From assembly GCA_964016885.1 (NCBI GenBank), contig OZ024757.1:25854001-25918000 (forward strand): DNA of 64,000 nt, in the 5' to 3' direction. The position numbers were made by a program, and so were the translations under genes. This DNA is from Eledone cirrhosa (lineage: Eukaryota). Below are positions 50,997-63,229 of the stretch, in pieces (position 1 is the stretch's first letter; the number at the start of each line of letters is the position of its first letter). Under the pieces are notes generated by a model. The model ran no database searches. It was given only the letters and a program-made list of their open reading frames with translations, and was not told the DNA's origin.

Positions 50997-51142
50997 ATCA
51001 TCATAATCATCATCATCATCATCGTTTAATGTCTATCCTCCACGCTAGCATGGGTTAGACAGGAATCGTCCCACTTGAAGCAAGATTGATTGGGTGACCG
51101 TGTCTCGCTCGTATAGGACTATACACACACAACACTCACATA

Positions 51143-51179
<37 letters not shown>

Positions 51180-51364
51180 GCACAGTACCTCCGAAATATA
51201 TATAATAAAATATATTTTGATTACGTTGAATGTCTATATTTATTAATATTTTGAATTAATATTAATAACTCCAGAAAACGTTTTGTTGAGTGCTTCTAAT
51301 CTATTGTAAAACTATATTCATTGATTAATCAATGAACCTTGTTTAACTTTTGGTTATATATTTC

Positions 51365-52228
51365 ATCATCATCACCGTTTTACGTCCGTTCTTCCACGCT
51401 AGCATGGGTTAGACGGGTTGTCCTGTTGTGGGCAGTGTCTGGTCAGCTGACCATGCCTTGCTCATACAGGAACTGATCTGGCTTGATTTCTACAGCTGGA
51501 TGCCCTTCCTAACACCAACCTCATTTACAGTGAGTGCTGGGTGCTTTTTCGTGGCGCCTACACGTCCACTTTACAGTGTGGGCTGGGTGCTTTTTTGCCG
51601 TGGCACCTCCACGACCACCTTGCGGTGGGGGGGGGGGGGCATATTGTTTATATGCTTCAGCATGTACCCATGGGAGGTCGGGTACCCTGTATTACTGCGT
51701 GACGCCAGAAGTCACGGTCGTGTGTCATTGACTTTGAGAGGTGTAGTTGGGTAAGGTCGGCTTTTATCACCTCATCCCAAGTCATCTTGGGTCTCCCCAC
51801 TCCGCGGTTTCCATCAACTTCTAGTGCTCTGCACCTTTTTATGCAGCTGTCATCCTTCATACGCATCACATGTCCATACCAGCGTAACCGCCTCTCCTGC
51901 ACGCAGCATTTGATTCCTCTTATGCTCAGTCTCTCTCTCAATTCCTTTATGCTTTGTCGTTCACGTATATTACTGTTACACATCCATCGGAGCATGCAGG
52001 CTTCGTTTCTCTCTAATCTACGTAAGTCTTCGACCTTCAGCGCCCAGGTCTCACTACCATGCAACATCGCTGTTCGGATACACGCATCATACAGTCTGCC
52101 TTTCATTCTGAGGGAGAAGCCTTTTGCAGCTAGCAGTGGTAGTAGTTGCCTAAACTTCTTCCATCCCGTTCTTACCCTAGTTATTGTACTTTCTGAGCAC
52201 CCACCTCCGTTGCTAATTCGGTCACCTA
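51365..52228 (-). mobile_element. 5'-truncated RTE LINE (ORF2 C-terminus ~190 aa + 3' UTR)
   Basis: LYDACIRTAMLHGSETW...RRLRWYGHVMRM...GRPKMTWDEVIKADL...DRDFWR, open from 52228 to stop at 51657; 3' UTR ends in (GAT)n. Confidence 0.92.
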
Positions 52229-52289
52229 TTTATATATATATATATATGTGTGTATGTGTGTGTGGTGAAGAAGTGCCAAGAAATCCCAA

Positions 52290-52472
52290 TAGAAGGGAGA
52301 CGCAGTAGCGGAAGACCACAAAAACATGGGCGGAGGTGGTGAGAGCGAACCTCAGATCGCTGAAGTCTTGGAGGAGATGATGAAGGACCGCGACAAGTGG
52401 AAAGATGCTGAATAGGACCCGTCCCACCCTTGCAAGCAGGGAAAAGCGGACGTTAAATGATGATGATGATTA
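52290..52472 (+). mobile_element. RTE 3' fragment with shared tail
   Basis: GRPQKTWAEVVRANL...DRDKW motif then GGACCCGTCCCACCCTTGCAAGCAGGGAAAAGCGGACG(TGA)n. Confidence 0.75.
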
Positions 52473-52599
52473 TATATATATATATATATATATCATCATC
52501 ATCATCATCATCAACGTTTAACGTCCGTGTTCCACGCTTGCATGGGTTTGGACGGGGGTAGTCCCACTTGAGGCAAGAGTGGTTGTCTTGCTCGCATAG

Positions 52600-53280
52600 G
52601 ACTGTCTGGCAGGTTTTCTACAGTTGGATGCCCTTCCTAACACCAACTACATTTACAGTGTGGAACTGGGAGGTTTTTACCGTGTTGCCTACACGGCCAC
52701 ATTACAGCGTGGACTGTCTGGCAGGTTTTCTACAGTTGGATGCCCTTCCTAACACCAACTACATTTACAGTGTGGAACTGGGAGGTTTTTACCGTGTTGC
52801 CTACACGGCCACATTACAGCATGGACTGTCTGGCAGGTTTTCTACAGTTGGATGCCCTTCCTAACACCAACCACATTTACAGTGTGGAACTGGGAGGTTT
52901 TTACCGTGTTGCCTACACGGCCACATTACAGCGTGGACTGTCTGGCAGGTTTTCTACAGTTGGATGCCCTTCCTAACACCAACCACATTTACAGTGTGGG
53001 GCTGGGAGGTTTTTACCGTGTTGCCTACACGGCCACATTACAGCATGGACTGTCTGGCAGGTTTTCTACAGTTGGATGCCCTTCCTAACACCAACCACAT
53101 TTACAGTGTGGGGCTGGGAGGTTTTTACCGTGTTGCCTACACGGCCACATTACAGCGTGGACTGTCTGGCAGGTTTTCTACAGTTGGATGCCCTTCCTAA
53201 CACCAACCACATTTACAGTGTGGGGCTGGGAGGTTTTTACCGTGTTGCCTACACGGCCACATTACAGCGTGGACTGTGTG
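52600..53280. repeat. 112-bp tandem repeat (6 copies) amplified from the RTE/SINE tail
   Basis: GGATGCCCTTCCTAACACCAAC recurs every 112 bp inside a minus-strand tail starting at ~52495. Confidence 0.95.
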
Positions 53281-53401
53281 TTTTTTTGTCGTGACACCTA
53301 CACGATCTCATTTGTTTCGGCCTGGATGGCGCGGCACCAACATAACTTTACATAGAACGGGGTGGTGTGGATGGGGGGGGGGGTATTTTGTTAGAGATGC
53401 C

Positions 53402-53439
<38 letters not shown>

Positions 53440-53549
53440 CACACCACTAGTTTGACATCTGGGTGGGTGGGTGGGTGCTAATTTGATGACTCATATTTGT
53501 GGTGGGTGTGGTCAACGGGGTCATTGTATGGTAGGGTGGGCATAGTATG

Positions 53550-53982
53550 GTTGGGGTGGGTGTTGCATTGGTGGGGTGGGTGTTGCATTGGTGGGGTGGG
53601 TGTTGTATTGTTGGGGTGGGTGTTGCATTGGTGTGGTGGGTGTTGCATTGGTGGGGTGGGTGTTGTATTGTTGGGGTGGGTGTTGCATTGGTGGGGTGGG
53701 TGTTGCATTGGTGGGGTGGGTGTTGCATTGGTGGGGTGGGTGTTGCATTGGTGGGGTGGGTGTTGCATTGGTGGGGTGGGTGTTGCATTGTTGGGGTGGG
53801 TGTTGCATTGGTGGGGTGGGTGTTGCATTGGTGGGGTGGGTGTTGCATTGTTGGGGTGGGTGTTGCATTGGTGGGGTGGGTGTTGCATTGGTGAGGTGGG
53901 TGTTGCATTGGTGGGGTGGGTGTTGCATTGGTGGGGTGGGTGTTGCATTGTTGGGGTGGGTGTTGCATTGGTGGGGTGGGTG
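53550..53982. repeat. 20-bp G-rich minisatellite (~21 copies)
   Basis: Unit TTGGTGGGGTGGGTGTTGCA. Confidence 0.95.
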
Positions 53983-54390
53983 TGGTATGGTTCAGAACAA
54001 GAATGCCATGTGGCTGTGTATCATTAAGTGATATTGATAGCTCCCTATCAGAGTGGGTCCACAAGCAGATCCCTAGGGAACTAACATGGAGCTAACTACA
54101 GCCAACGCCTGTGTTTTCATTCTATTTCACAGAGAATGGAAATATAGGGTCCTTCATTGTGGGGCTATAACATAAACACACACACAGATACGTATAAGGG
54201 TGCATGTGTATGTATACATATATATGTGTGTGTGTATGTATATATATATATATGTGTGTGTGTGTATATACATATGTGTGTGTGTATGTATATATATATG
54301 TGTATGTGTATATGTATATATATATATATATATATATCCGTGTGTGTGTATATATATGTGTGTGTATATATATGTATATATGTGTGTGTG

Positions 54391-54425
<35 letters not shown>

Positions 54426-54592
54426 ATACATATATATATGTGTGTGTATGTATATATGTGTGTGTGTGTGTGTATGTATATATATATATATATGTGTGTG
54501 TGTATGTATATATATATGTGTATGTGTATATGTATATATATATATATATATATATCCGTGTGTGTGTATATATATGTATATATGTGTGTGTG

Positions 54593-54623
<31 letters not shown>

Positions 54624-54700
54624 ATATACATATATATATGTGTGTGTATGTATATATGTGTGTGTGTGTGTGTATGTATATATATATATATGTGTGTGTG

Positions 54701-54731
<31 letters not shown>

Positions 54732-54779
54732 ATATATATATATATAAATATGTGTGTGTGTGTGTATATATGTGTATAT

Positions 54780-55228
54780 CATCATCATCATGATCATCAC
54801 CGTTTTACGTCCGTTCTTCCACGCTAGCATGGGTTAGACGGGTTGTCCTGTTGTGGGCAGTGTCTGGTCAGCTGACCTTGTCTTGCTCATACAGGAACTG
54901 ATTCTGGCTTGATTTCTACAGCTGGATGCCCTTCCTAACACCAACCTCATTTACAGTGTGGGCTGGGTGCTTTTTTTCCATGGCACCTCCACGACCACTT
55001 TGCAGTGGGAGGGTGTGGGGGCATATTGTCTATATGCTTCAGATTCGGCTTGAACCCATGGGGGGGGGGGGGTCTTCTCTATTACTGTGTGACGCCAGAG
55101 GTCACGGTCGTGTGTCATCGCCTTTGAGAGGTGTAATTGGGTAAAGTCGGCTTTTATCACCTCATCCCAGGTCTTCTTGTGTCTCCCCACTCCACGACTT
55201 CCATCGACTTCTAGTGCTCTGCACCTTT
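54780..55228 (-). mobile_element. Second, shorter copy of the RTE LINE 3' end
   Basis: GRHKKTWDEVIKADFTQLHLSKAMTHDRDLWRH plus the same 3' UTR as 51365-51650. Confidence 0.9.
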
Positions 55229-55521
55229 TTTATATATATGTATATATATATATATATGTGTGTGTGTGTATGTATATATATATATGTGTGTGTGTATATA
55301 TATATATGTGTGTGTGTGTATATATATATGTGTGTGTGTGTGTGTGTATATATATGTGTGTGTATGTATATATATATATATGTGTGTGTGTATATATATA
55401 TGTGTGTATATATATGTGTGTGTGTGTGTATATATATGTGTGTGTGTGTGTGTGTGTATATATGTGTGTGTATATATATATATATGTGTGTGTGTGTGTA
55501 TGTATATACACACATTTTTTG

Positions 55522-55564
55522 ACTGAGCTGAGGATCTGAACAAGGCGAAACAATTGTTCTCGGT
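55522..55564 (+). ncRNA. Minimal hammerhead motif with damaged stem II
   Basis: ACUGAG-CUGAGGA-UCUGAACAAGGC-GAAA-CAAUUG-UU-CUCGGU; 6-bp stem I, palindromic ACAAUUGU. Confidence 0.6.
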
Positions 55565-55629
55565 ATGAGGAACTAACTGTTGTGGAACTACTTTTAGTGT
55601 GTATATATGTAAGTATATATATATATATA

Positions 55630-55925
55630 CATTGTTCACTTTCCTGACATTTGGACATTATTCTATGTACTATTCTATGTACTATACATGCATCTTTGAT
55701 GAGTTGTAGTGCACCTGAGCACTGTACACAATAGTTTTCATTATATAAATAGTGTGTATATATATAATAGTGTTTATATAATGTTTTGTATATGTGTCTG
55801 TGTGTATATCATGACTCATACACTGTTCACTTTCCTGATATTTGTACATTATTCTATGTTCTATACATGCACCTTTGATGAGTTGTAGTGCACCTGAGCA
55901 CTGTACACAATAATTTTCATTGTTA
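55630..55925 (+). repeat. Direct duplication of a ~105-bp LINE-tail-like segment
   Basis: TGTTCACTTTCCTGA...TTTGATGAGTTGTAGTGCACCTGAGCACTGTACACAATA occurs twice, with stem-loop GTAGTGC-acctga-GCACTGT. Confidence 0.7.
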
Positions 55926-56937
55926 TTTTTTTTATTATAAATACAGAAAATGTTTTTATAATTCATTGAAATACCGTGTTTTACATTAGAAAGAGAGAAA
56001 TGTGTCATTAGCTCATCAAAATACAGTGTTACATTATAAATATGATTCTGGTAGGGTTAAACCTCATCAAAGACAAGGTGTGGCAATGTTTGGGACATAC
56101 TGAGCGTTTGTCAGCTGATTTAAAGGTTGGTGGGTTTTGATTTAAACCAGGATATCCTTTATTAAAGAATAGGCACACATACATACACACACACACACAC
56201 ACACAGAAACAGACGTATAAACAGGCACACACGCGCACAAGTTGACATATATATACATACATAGATATCTACAAATATATATATATCTATATCCATACAT
56301 GAATGCACATCTATATACATACACACACACACACAAACATATATACATATACACACATATACAGACATACACGAGCAGACATATATACATACATAGATAT
56401 CTACAAGCATACATACACATCCATACATGAGTGCACATCTACATACATACACACACACATACATATACTCACAAACAGACATATATACATACATACATAC
56501 ACACATCCTTACATACACACACAAACAGATATATATACATACGTACACACACATCCTTACATACACACACAAACAGATATATATACATACGTACACACAC
56601 ATCCTTACATACACACACAAACAGATATATATACATACGTACACACACATCCTTACATACACACACAAACAGATATATATACATATGTACACAAACACAT
56701 AAATAACATTCACACCCAATATACATATTCACGTACACATACATTCACACACTCACACACACACACATCATCGTACATACATATATACTCACTCACATAT
56801 ATACATTCACATATACACAGACATACATATACAGAAACATGATGTGTGTTCTAGATTCTCTGTATCCTGTTTTGTAACAGCCAGACAGCATTAGGTTTAA
56901 TTTTATTTCCAGTGGGATGTGGAGGGAATTATAGACT

Positions 56938-57621
56938 GTTGTTGTTTCTTCTTTGATTCACCTCAGGCCCCTGAGGATCTTCCTCAGGGGCACTAGAGAT
57001 GCGACTGGGAGACGGACTAATTCCTCTAAGGATGTGGCGAGTTGGTGATGGTATCTCTCGATCGCCAATGCGGGGCATCGTATCCAGAGGTGTTCAGATG
57101 ACTCCTCCTCTTCACCACGGAGGACATGTAGAGCAAAAGAGAGGGAGGGGTGTTGTCTGAACGAATTTTTAACATCGGCGAATGGAGATCGCTGCAGGAC
57201 GGATGGTAGGCATGACATTATTCCCCCAACAGAAGCCACACACGAAGCCTTGAGGACTCTTTTTCTGTATTCGAGTCAGGCCACTGCAGATCCTGTGGAA
57301 GATACGTCGGCAAGTCGAGCAGGAAATGGGCACGAAGTCTTGTTGGATCGTCCTGGAACATCCCTCGCAGGATGGGCCAGGGTTCGACTCGACATCACCT
57401 GCCATGAGAAGTAACTTCCGGAGATGTAGGGCGGGTCTTACAGCTCCGGTTGTCGAAAAAAAAAAAAAATAAATAAATTTAAAAAAACGTGTCTCCCACG
57501 TCGCATCTCTGGGTGTAAACAGATCCGAATTTGACAGATATCCTTTCGGGAATCCGACCGAGCACACTGAACGTCCACGAAGGCCGCCCAACGAGTAGGT
57601 TCCGGATTCTGGTTTGTGCTC
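56938..57621 (-). mobile_element. Internally deleted non-LTR retrotransposon (Ingi/RTE-X-like) with 5' HDV-like ribozyme, 2A motif, PHD-like finger and 3' zinc-knuckle end
   Basis: LRKLLLMAGDVESNPGP then CxxC..CxxC..HxxC..CxxC; 3' part EEESSEHLWIRCPAL...LRGLR*; both ends abut (CAA)n. Confidence 0.8.
57523..57621 (-). ncRNA. HDV-like ribozyme, atypical (insert between P3 and P1')
   Basis: P1 GAGCACA/UGUGCUC, P2 AUCCGGA/UUCGGAU, P3-L3 ACC-UACUCGUU-GGG, GG after P1', P4 CGGAUUCC..GGAUAUCUG, J4/2 UCAAA with putative catalytic C at 57533; G1 is the first base of the element. Confidence 0.6.
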
Positions 57622-57743
57622 TTGTTGTTGTTGTTGTTAACCCTCTGCTCAATTCTGACCCAGTATTTAAAAGTTAAAGAAGTTAAAGTCTTTCTCAAGC
57701 TCAGAGGTTCAACAGGCCAGAGTCTACCCTGGTTTTATGTAGC

Positions 57744-57951
57744 CAGACATGCCAACCTCTAAAAACCCAAGCAGGGAGTACCATGAAAAAAAGGTGCCCC
57801 AAAACGGGGAGAAATGGGGCAAAATGGAGAGATTTTACATAATGAAAGCTATACCCATTTTCACATCACAAGAGAAGACATCTCTCACTCAACCCAAAGT
57901 GGGTGGGAGATCCCCCCCCCCCCCGTTAGACAGGGAGAGTTGCCATGTCTG
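57744..57951. mobile_element. MITE with 6-bp TSD (hAT-like)
   Basis: TIRs CAGACATGCCAAC / GTTGCCATGTCTG; TSD TGTAGC at 57738-57743 and 57952-57957. Confidence 0.8.
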
Positions 57952-57962
57952 TGTAGCATTAA

Positions 57963-58171
57963 CCCTTTAGCATTTAAACCAGCCATATCCAGCCATAATT
58001 CTCTCACCACTTTCTGTTTAAACCGGCTGTAACCGGCCACTCATAACTGGTCTTAAGGTATTGTTCTGAAGATAAATAATATCAAAGTCTCATAGATTCA
58101 ATATTATGTGAGGTAAAGCCTTTACGGCGAAAATATAACAACATATATAAAGTAATGTAAATGCTAAAGGG
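57963..58171. mobile_element. Complete piggyBac-like MITE (209 bp)
   Basis: TTAA|CCCTTTAGCATTTA ... TAAATGCTAAAGGG|TTAA; perfect 14-bp TIR. Confidence 0.9.
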
Positions 58172-58699
58172 TTAAGCAAGCAATGGAAAGTATAATACCC
58201 ATCCCTTGATTAGACACTAGTCCATTGCAAGGGTAACTTCCTACCTGCTGTCAGTACCCAGTGTTTTGGTCCTTGTTTTCAACAGAGTAGTCTGGGTGGT
58301 GTTTAGAAAGTCAGATAGTTGACTTTGAGATGCTTTTGCCAGCTCTCTGCATCCTGAATTGAAATCCTGCTGAAGTCAACTTATCTTAGTAATGAAATAA
58401 TTGATAATTTTAATAAATCTCTCAAAATACTTAATTAATTCTTTTGATACCAAAGCCAGCTCTGGTTTTATGAAACAAAACCACCTGTTTTATATTGTGG
58501 CTATTTGAATTAAAATCTTACAACACAATTTAATATAAGAATTATGTATTAAGTTACTAATTTTAAAATGCCTGGAGTAATGTGATATGAAATGTCTTGC
58601 TCAAGAATGTGTTACTGTCACCTGGTTTGAGAATTGAACCCACAACCTTACAGTTATGAACTCAACACAGTGGTCGTGTTGGTGTTGGTGTTGATGACT

Positions 58700-61145
58700 G
58701 TTGATGGTGGTTTTTATGACAGTGTTGGTAGTGGTAGTAGTGGTTTTCATGACAGTGTTGGTAGTGGTAGTGGTGGTATTCATGACAGTGTTGGTAGTGG
58801 TGGTTTTCATGACAGTGTTGGTAGTGGTGGTATTCATGACAGTGTTGGTAGTGGTAGTAGTGGTTTTCATGACAGTGTTGGTAGTGGTAGTGGTGGTATT
58901 CATGACAGTGTTGGTAGTGGTAGTGGTGGTTTTCATGACAGTGTTGGTAGTGGTAGTGGTGGTATTCATGACAGTGTTGGTAGTGGTGGTTTTCATGACA
59001 GTGTTGGTAGTGGTGGTATTCATGACAGTGTTGGTAGTGGTAGTAGTGGTTTTCATGACAGTGTTGGTAGTGGTAGTGGTGGTATTCATGACAGTGTTGG
59101 TAGTGGTAGTGGTGGTTTTCATGACAGTGTTGGTAGTGGTAGTGGTGGTATTCATGACAGTGTTGGTAGTGGTGGTTTTCATGACAGTGTTGGTAGTGGT
59201 AGTGGTGGTATTCATGACAGTGTTGGTAGTGGTAGTGGTGGTATTCATGACAGTGTTGGTAGTGGTAGTGGTGGTTTTCATGACAGTGTTGGTAGTGGTA
59301 GTGGTGGTATTCATGACAGTGTTGGTAGTGGTGGTTTTCATGACAGTGTTGGTAGTGGTGGTATTCATGACAGTGTTGGTAGTGGTAGTAGTGGTTTTCA
59401 TGACAGTGTTGGTAGTGGTAGTGGTGGTATTCATGACAGTGTTGGTAGTGGTAGTGGTGGTTTTCATGACAGTGTTGGTAGTGGTAGTGGTGGTATTCAT
59501 GACAGTGTTGGTAGTGGTGGTTTTCATGACAGTGTTGGTAGTGGTAGTGGTGGTATTCATGACAGTGTTGGTAGTGGTAGTGGTGGTATTCATGACAGTG
59601 TTGGTAGTGGTAGTGGTGGTATTCATGACAGTGTTGGTAGTGGTAGTAGTGGTATTCATGACAGTGTTGGTAGTGGTAGTGGTGGTTTTCATGACAGTGT
59701 TGGTAGTAGTAGTAGTAGTGGTTTTCATGACAGTGTTGGTAGTGGTAGTGGTGGTATTCATGATAGTGTTGGTAGTGGTAGTGGTGGTTTTCATGACAAT
59801 GTTGGTAGTGGTAGTGGTGGTATTCATGACAGTGTTGGTAGTGGTAGTGGTGGTATTCATGACAGTGTTGGTAGTGGTAGTGGTGGTTTTCATGACAGTG
59901 TTGGTAGTGGTAGTGGTGGTATTCATGACAGTGTTGGTAGTGGTAATGGTGGTATTCATGACAGTGTTGGTAGTGGTAGTGGTGGTTTTCATGACAGTGT
60001 TGGTAGTGGTAGTGGTGGTTTTCATGACAGTGTTGGTAGTGGTAGTGGTGGTATTCATGACAGTGTTGGTAGTGGTAGTGGTGGTTTTCATGACAGTGTT
60101 GGTAGTGGTAGTGGTGGTATTCATGACAGTGTTGGTAGTGGTAGTAGTGGTTTTCATGACAGTGTTGGTAGTGGTAGTGGTGGTATTCATGACAGTGTTG
60201 GTAGTGGTAGTGGTGGTATTCATGACAGTGTTGGTAGTGGTAGTGGTGGTTTTCATGACAGTGTTGGTAGTGGTAGTGGTGGTATTCATGACAGTGTTGG
60301 TAGTGGTAGTGGTTGTTTTCATGACAGTGTTGGTAGTGGTAGTGGTGGTTTTCATGACAGTGTTGGTAGTGGTAGTGGTGGTATTCATGACAGTGTTGGT
60401 AGTGGTAGTGGTGGTATTCATGACAGTGTTGGTAGTGATAGTGGTGGTTTTCATGACAGTGTTGGTAGTGGTGGTTTTCATGACAGTGTTGGTAGTGGTA
60501 GTGGTGGTTTTCATGACAGTGTTGGTAGTGGTAGTGGTGGTTTTCATGACAGTGTTGGTAGTGGTAGTGGTGGTATTCATGACAGTGTTGGTAGTGGTAG
60601 TGGTGGTATTCATGACAGTGTTGGTAGTGGTAGTGGTGGTATTCATGACAGTGTTGGTAGTGGTAGTGGTGGTATTCATGACAGTGTTGGTAGTGGTAGT
60701 GGTGGTATTCATGACAGTGTTGGTAGTGGTAGTGGTGGTTTTCATGACAGTGTTGGTAGTGGTAGTGGTGGTTTTCATGACAGTGTTGGTAGTGGTAGTG
60801 GTGGTATTCATGACAGTGTTGGTAGTGGTAGTGGTGGTATTCATGACAGTGTTGGTAGTGGTAGTGGTGGTTTTCATGACAATGTTGGTAGTGGTAGTGG
60901 TGGTTTTCATGACAGTGTTGGTAGTGGTAGTGGTGGTATTCATGACAGTGTTGGTAGTGGTAGTGGTTGTATTCATAACAGTAGTGGTAGTGGTTGTATT
61001 AATGACAGTGTTGGTAGTGGTAGTGGTGGTATTCATGACAGTGTTGGTAGTGGTAGTGGTGGTATTCATGACAGTGTTGGTAGTGGTAGTGGTTGTATTC
61101 ATGACAGTGTTGGTAGTGGTAGTGGTTGTATTAATGACAGTGTTG
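58700..61145. repeat. 30/24-bp minisatellite, ~2.4 kb
   Basis: Unit CATGACAGTGTTGGTAGT(GGTAGT)GGTGGT(A/T)TT. Confidence 0.95.
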
Positions 61146-61749
61146 ATGGGCGTGATAGTGGCAGTGGTATTGGTAATAGTGGTGGTGGTGGTGGTGGTGG
61201 TGAAACTGTTTCTGACAGTGGTGGTGGTGGTGGTAGTGTTAGTAGTGACACTATTGGTGGTGCTGGTGACAATGTTAGTGGTGGTAGTGCTAGTGGTGAC
61301 ACTATTGGTGGTGGTAGTGGTGATGACAATGATAGTGGTGGTGGTGGTGGTGGTGGTGACAATGTTAGTGCTAGTGGTGACAATCTTAGTAGTAGTGATA
61401 GTGGTGGTAGTGGTGGTGGTGACTATTTTACCAGTGTCAATGCTATGCCAAGGTATCAGTTGTATGTGGGAGGGAGATATATAGCAGAGAATGTATAAAG
61501 GAACAAACGAACATGATAGCCGAGGTGGACGTATGTCGTCATCAGCATGAACAGCATACTTTATTAAATGAGCAAACACAATTGATTGAATTAATTGCTT
61601 TAGTTAATTACTGTTGATTTTTCTAATCAGTAACGAATTAATTAAGGCGTCATGAAAAGAAACTTATAAAATACTCTCCGTCTCTCTCTCTGTTTCTCTC
61701 TCTCTCTCTCTCTCTCTGTATATATATACACACACACACACATATATAT

Positions 61750-61792
<43 letters not shown>

Positions 61793-61884
61793 CACACACA
61801 CTCACTCATATATATATATATATATATATATACACACTGACACACACACTCATTTATATATATATACACAGACACACACACTCA

Positions 61885-61964
<80 letters not shown>

Positions 61965-62269
61965 GACACACACACTCACTCATATATATATAGATATATA
62001 TCATCATCATTTATCCATTTTATATGTGTGTATGTATGTGTATATATATATCCCTTTCTGTATATTTCCATCTCTAGCTCTCTCTCTTTCATGGATCTAA
62101 CACATTTACACACACACACGCAGGAATGTTACACAATGGTGCTGTTACAATAACACATGTTAACAACAACAACAACAACAGTACCACCGCCAAAACTATT
62201 AATCTTATCACCACCACCAACAACAACAATAACACACAACTAAAATCAATACATTATCATAGACTTCAG

Positions 62270-62610
62270 AAAAGTGGGACATGCTTTGTGTCAGTGAAAA
62301 AGTGGGACATGCTCCATGTTGGGAGAAAATGGAACATTCTAAATCTTTGGTGGTGGTGGGGAAAATGGGACATGCTTAATGTTGGGAGAAAGTGGGACAT
62401 TCTAAATCTTTGGTGGTGGTAGGGAAGATGGGACATGCTCCATGTTGGGAGAAAATGGAACATTCTAAATCTTTGGTGGTGGTGGGGAAAATACGATATG
62501 CTTCATGTTGGGAGAAAGTGGGACATTCTAAATCTTTGGTGGTGGTGGTGGGGAAAATGGGACATGCTTCATGTTGGGAGAAAGTGGGACATTCTAAATC
62601 GTTGGTGGTA
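62270..62610. repeat. ~62-bp tandem repeat (~5 copies)
   Basis: GGGACATGCT.CATGTTGGGAGAAA.TGG.ACATTCTAAATCTTTGGTGGTGG. Confidence 0.85.
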
Positions 62611-63229
62611 GAGGGGGGATGATATATTCTTCGTGTCAGGGGTGGGGTGGGGACAGACTGGGTGGTATGTGCTACATGTAGTATAGGGTATGCTACATGT
62701 TGTGGTGGGTGGGACATGCTATATGTGTGGTAATGGGACATGTCACATCTTTAGGGAAAAGTGAGACATGCTACATGTTGAGAAAAGAGGGGTGTAGAGG
62801 GGTGTACTAACTGTTTGGGAAAGTAGGGTGTGCTACATGTTAAAACTGGAATATGATGCATGTTATAACTGCAGCCAGCTTCATGTTAAAACTAGCATGT
62901 GCTACATGTAGAAAACTTTTGTGCATGCTGCATACTGGAGCATGAAGATGCTGCATGTTGAAACTGCAGCCAGCTGCTTGTCTCAACATTCATGTGCTGC
63001 ATGAACATGTTACATGTTGAGAAGATAATTTTTTTTTATGAAATGGTTGACTACATACTAGACTGAGCAGGGCTAGACAAGAACATGTAGCGAGGCATGG
63101 GTGGTGTGGTGTCTGAAGGCCTCTACCATGGAGGTAACCTGTCTAGAGGGGCTGTAACTCCAAATATCAAAACTTTTAGATATAGGTATGTTGCTTTAGA
63201 CATTGGCTGGTAGACCATTGAAGATGCTC

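Noticed and set aside
51429-51452. miR-34-like TGGGCAGTGTCTGGTCAGCTG
   Set aside because: Part of the multi-copy RTE 3' UTR (also at ~54855)
61528-61548. Minus-strand CUGAUGA followed by a GAC-AUAC-GUC hairpin
   Set aside because: No GAAA after stem II, so not a hammerhead
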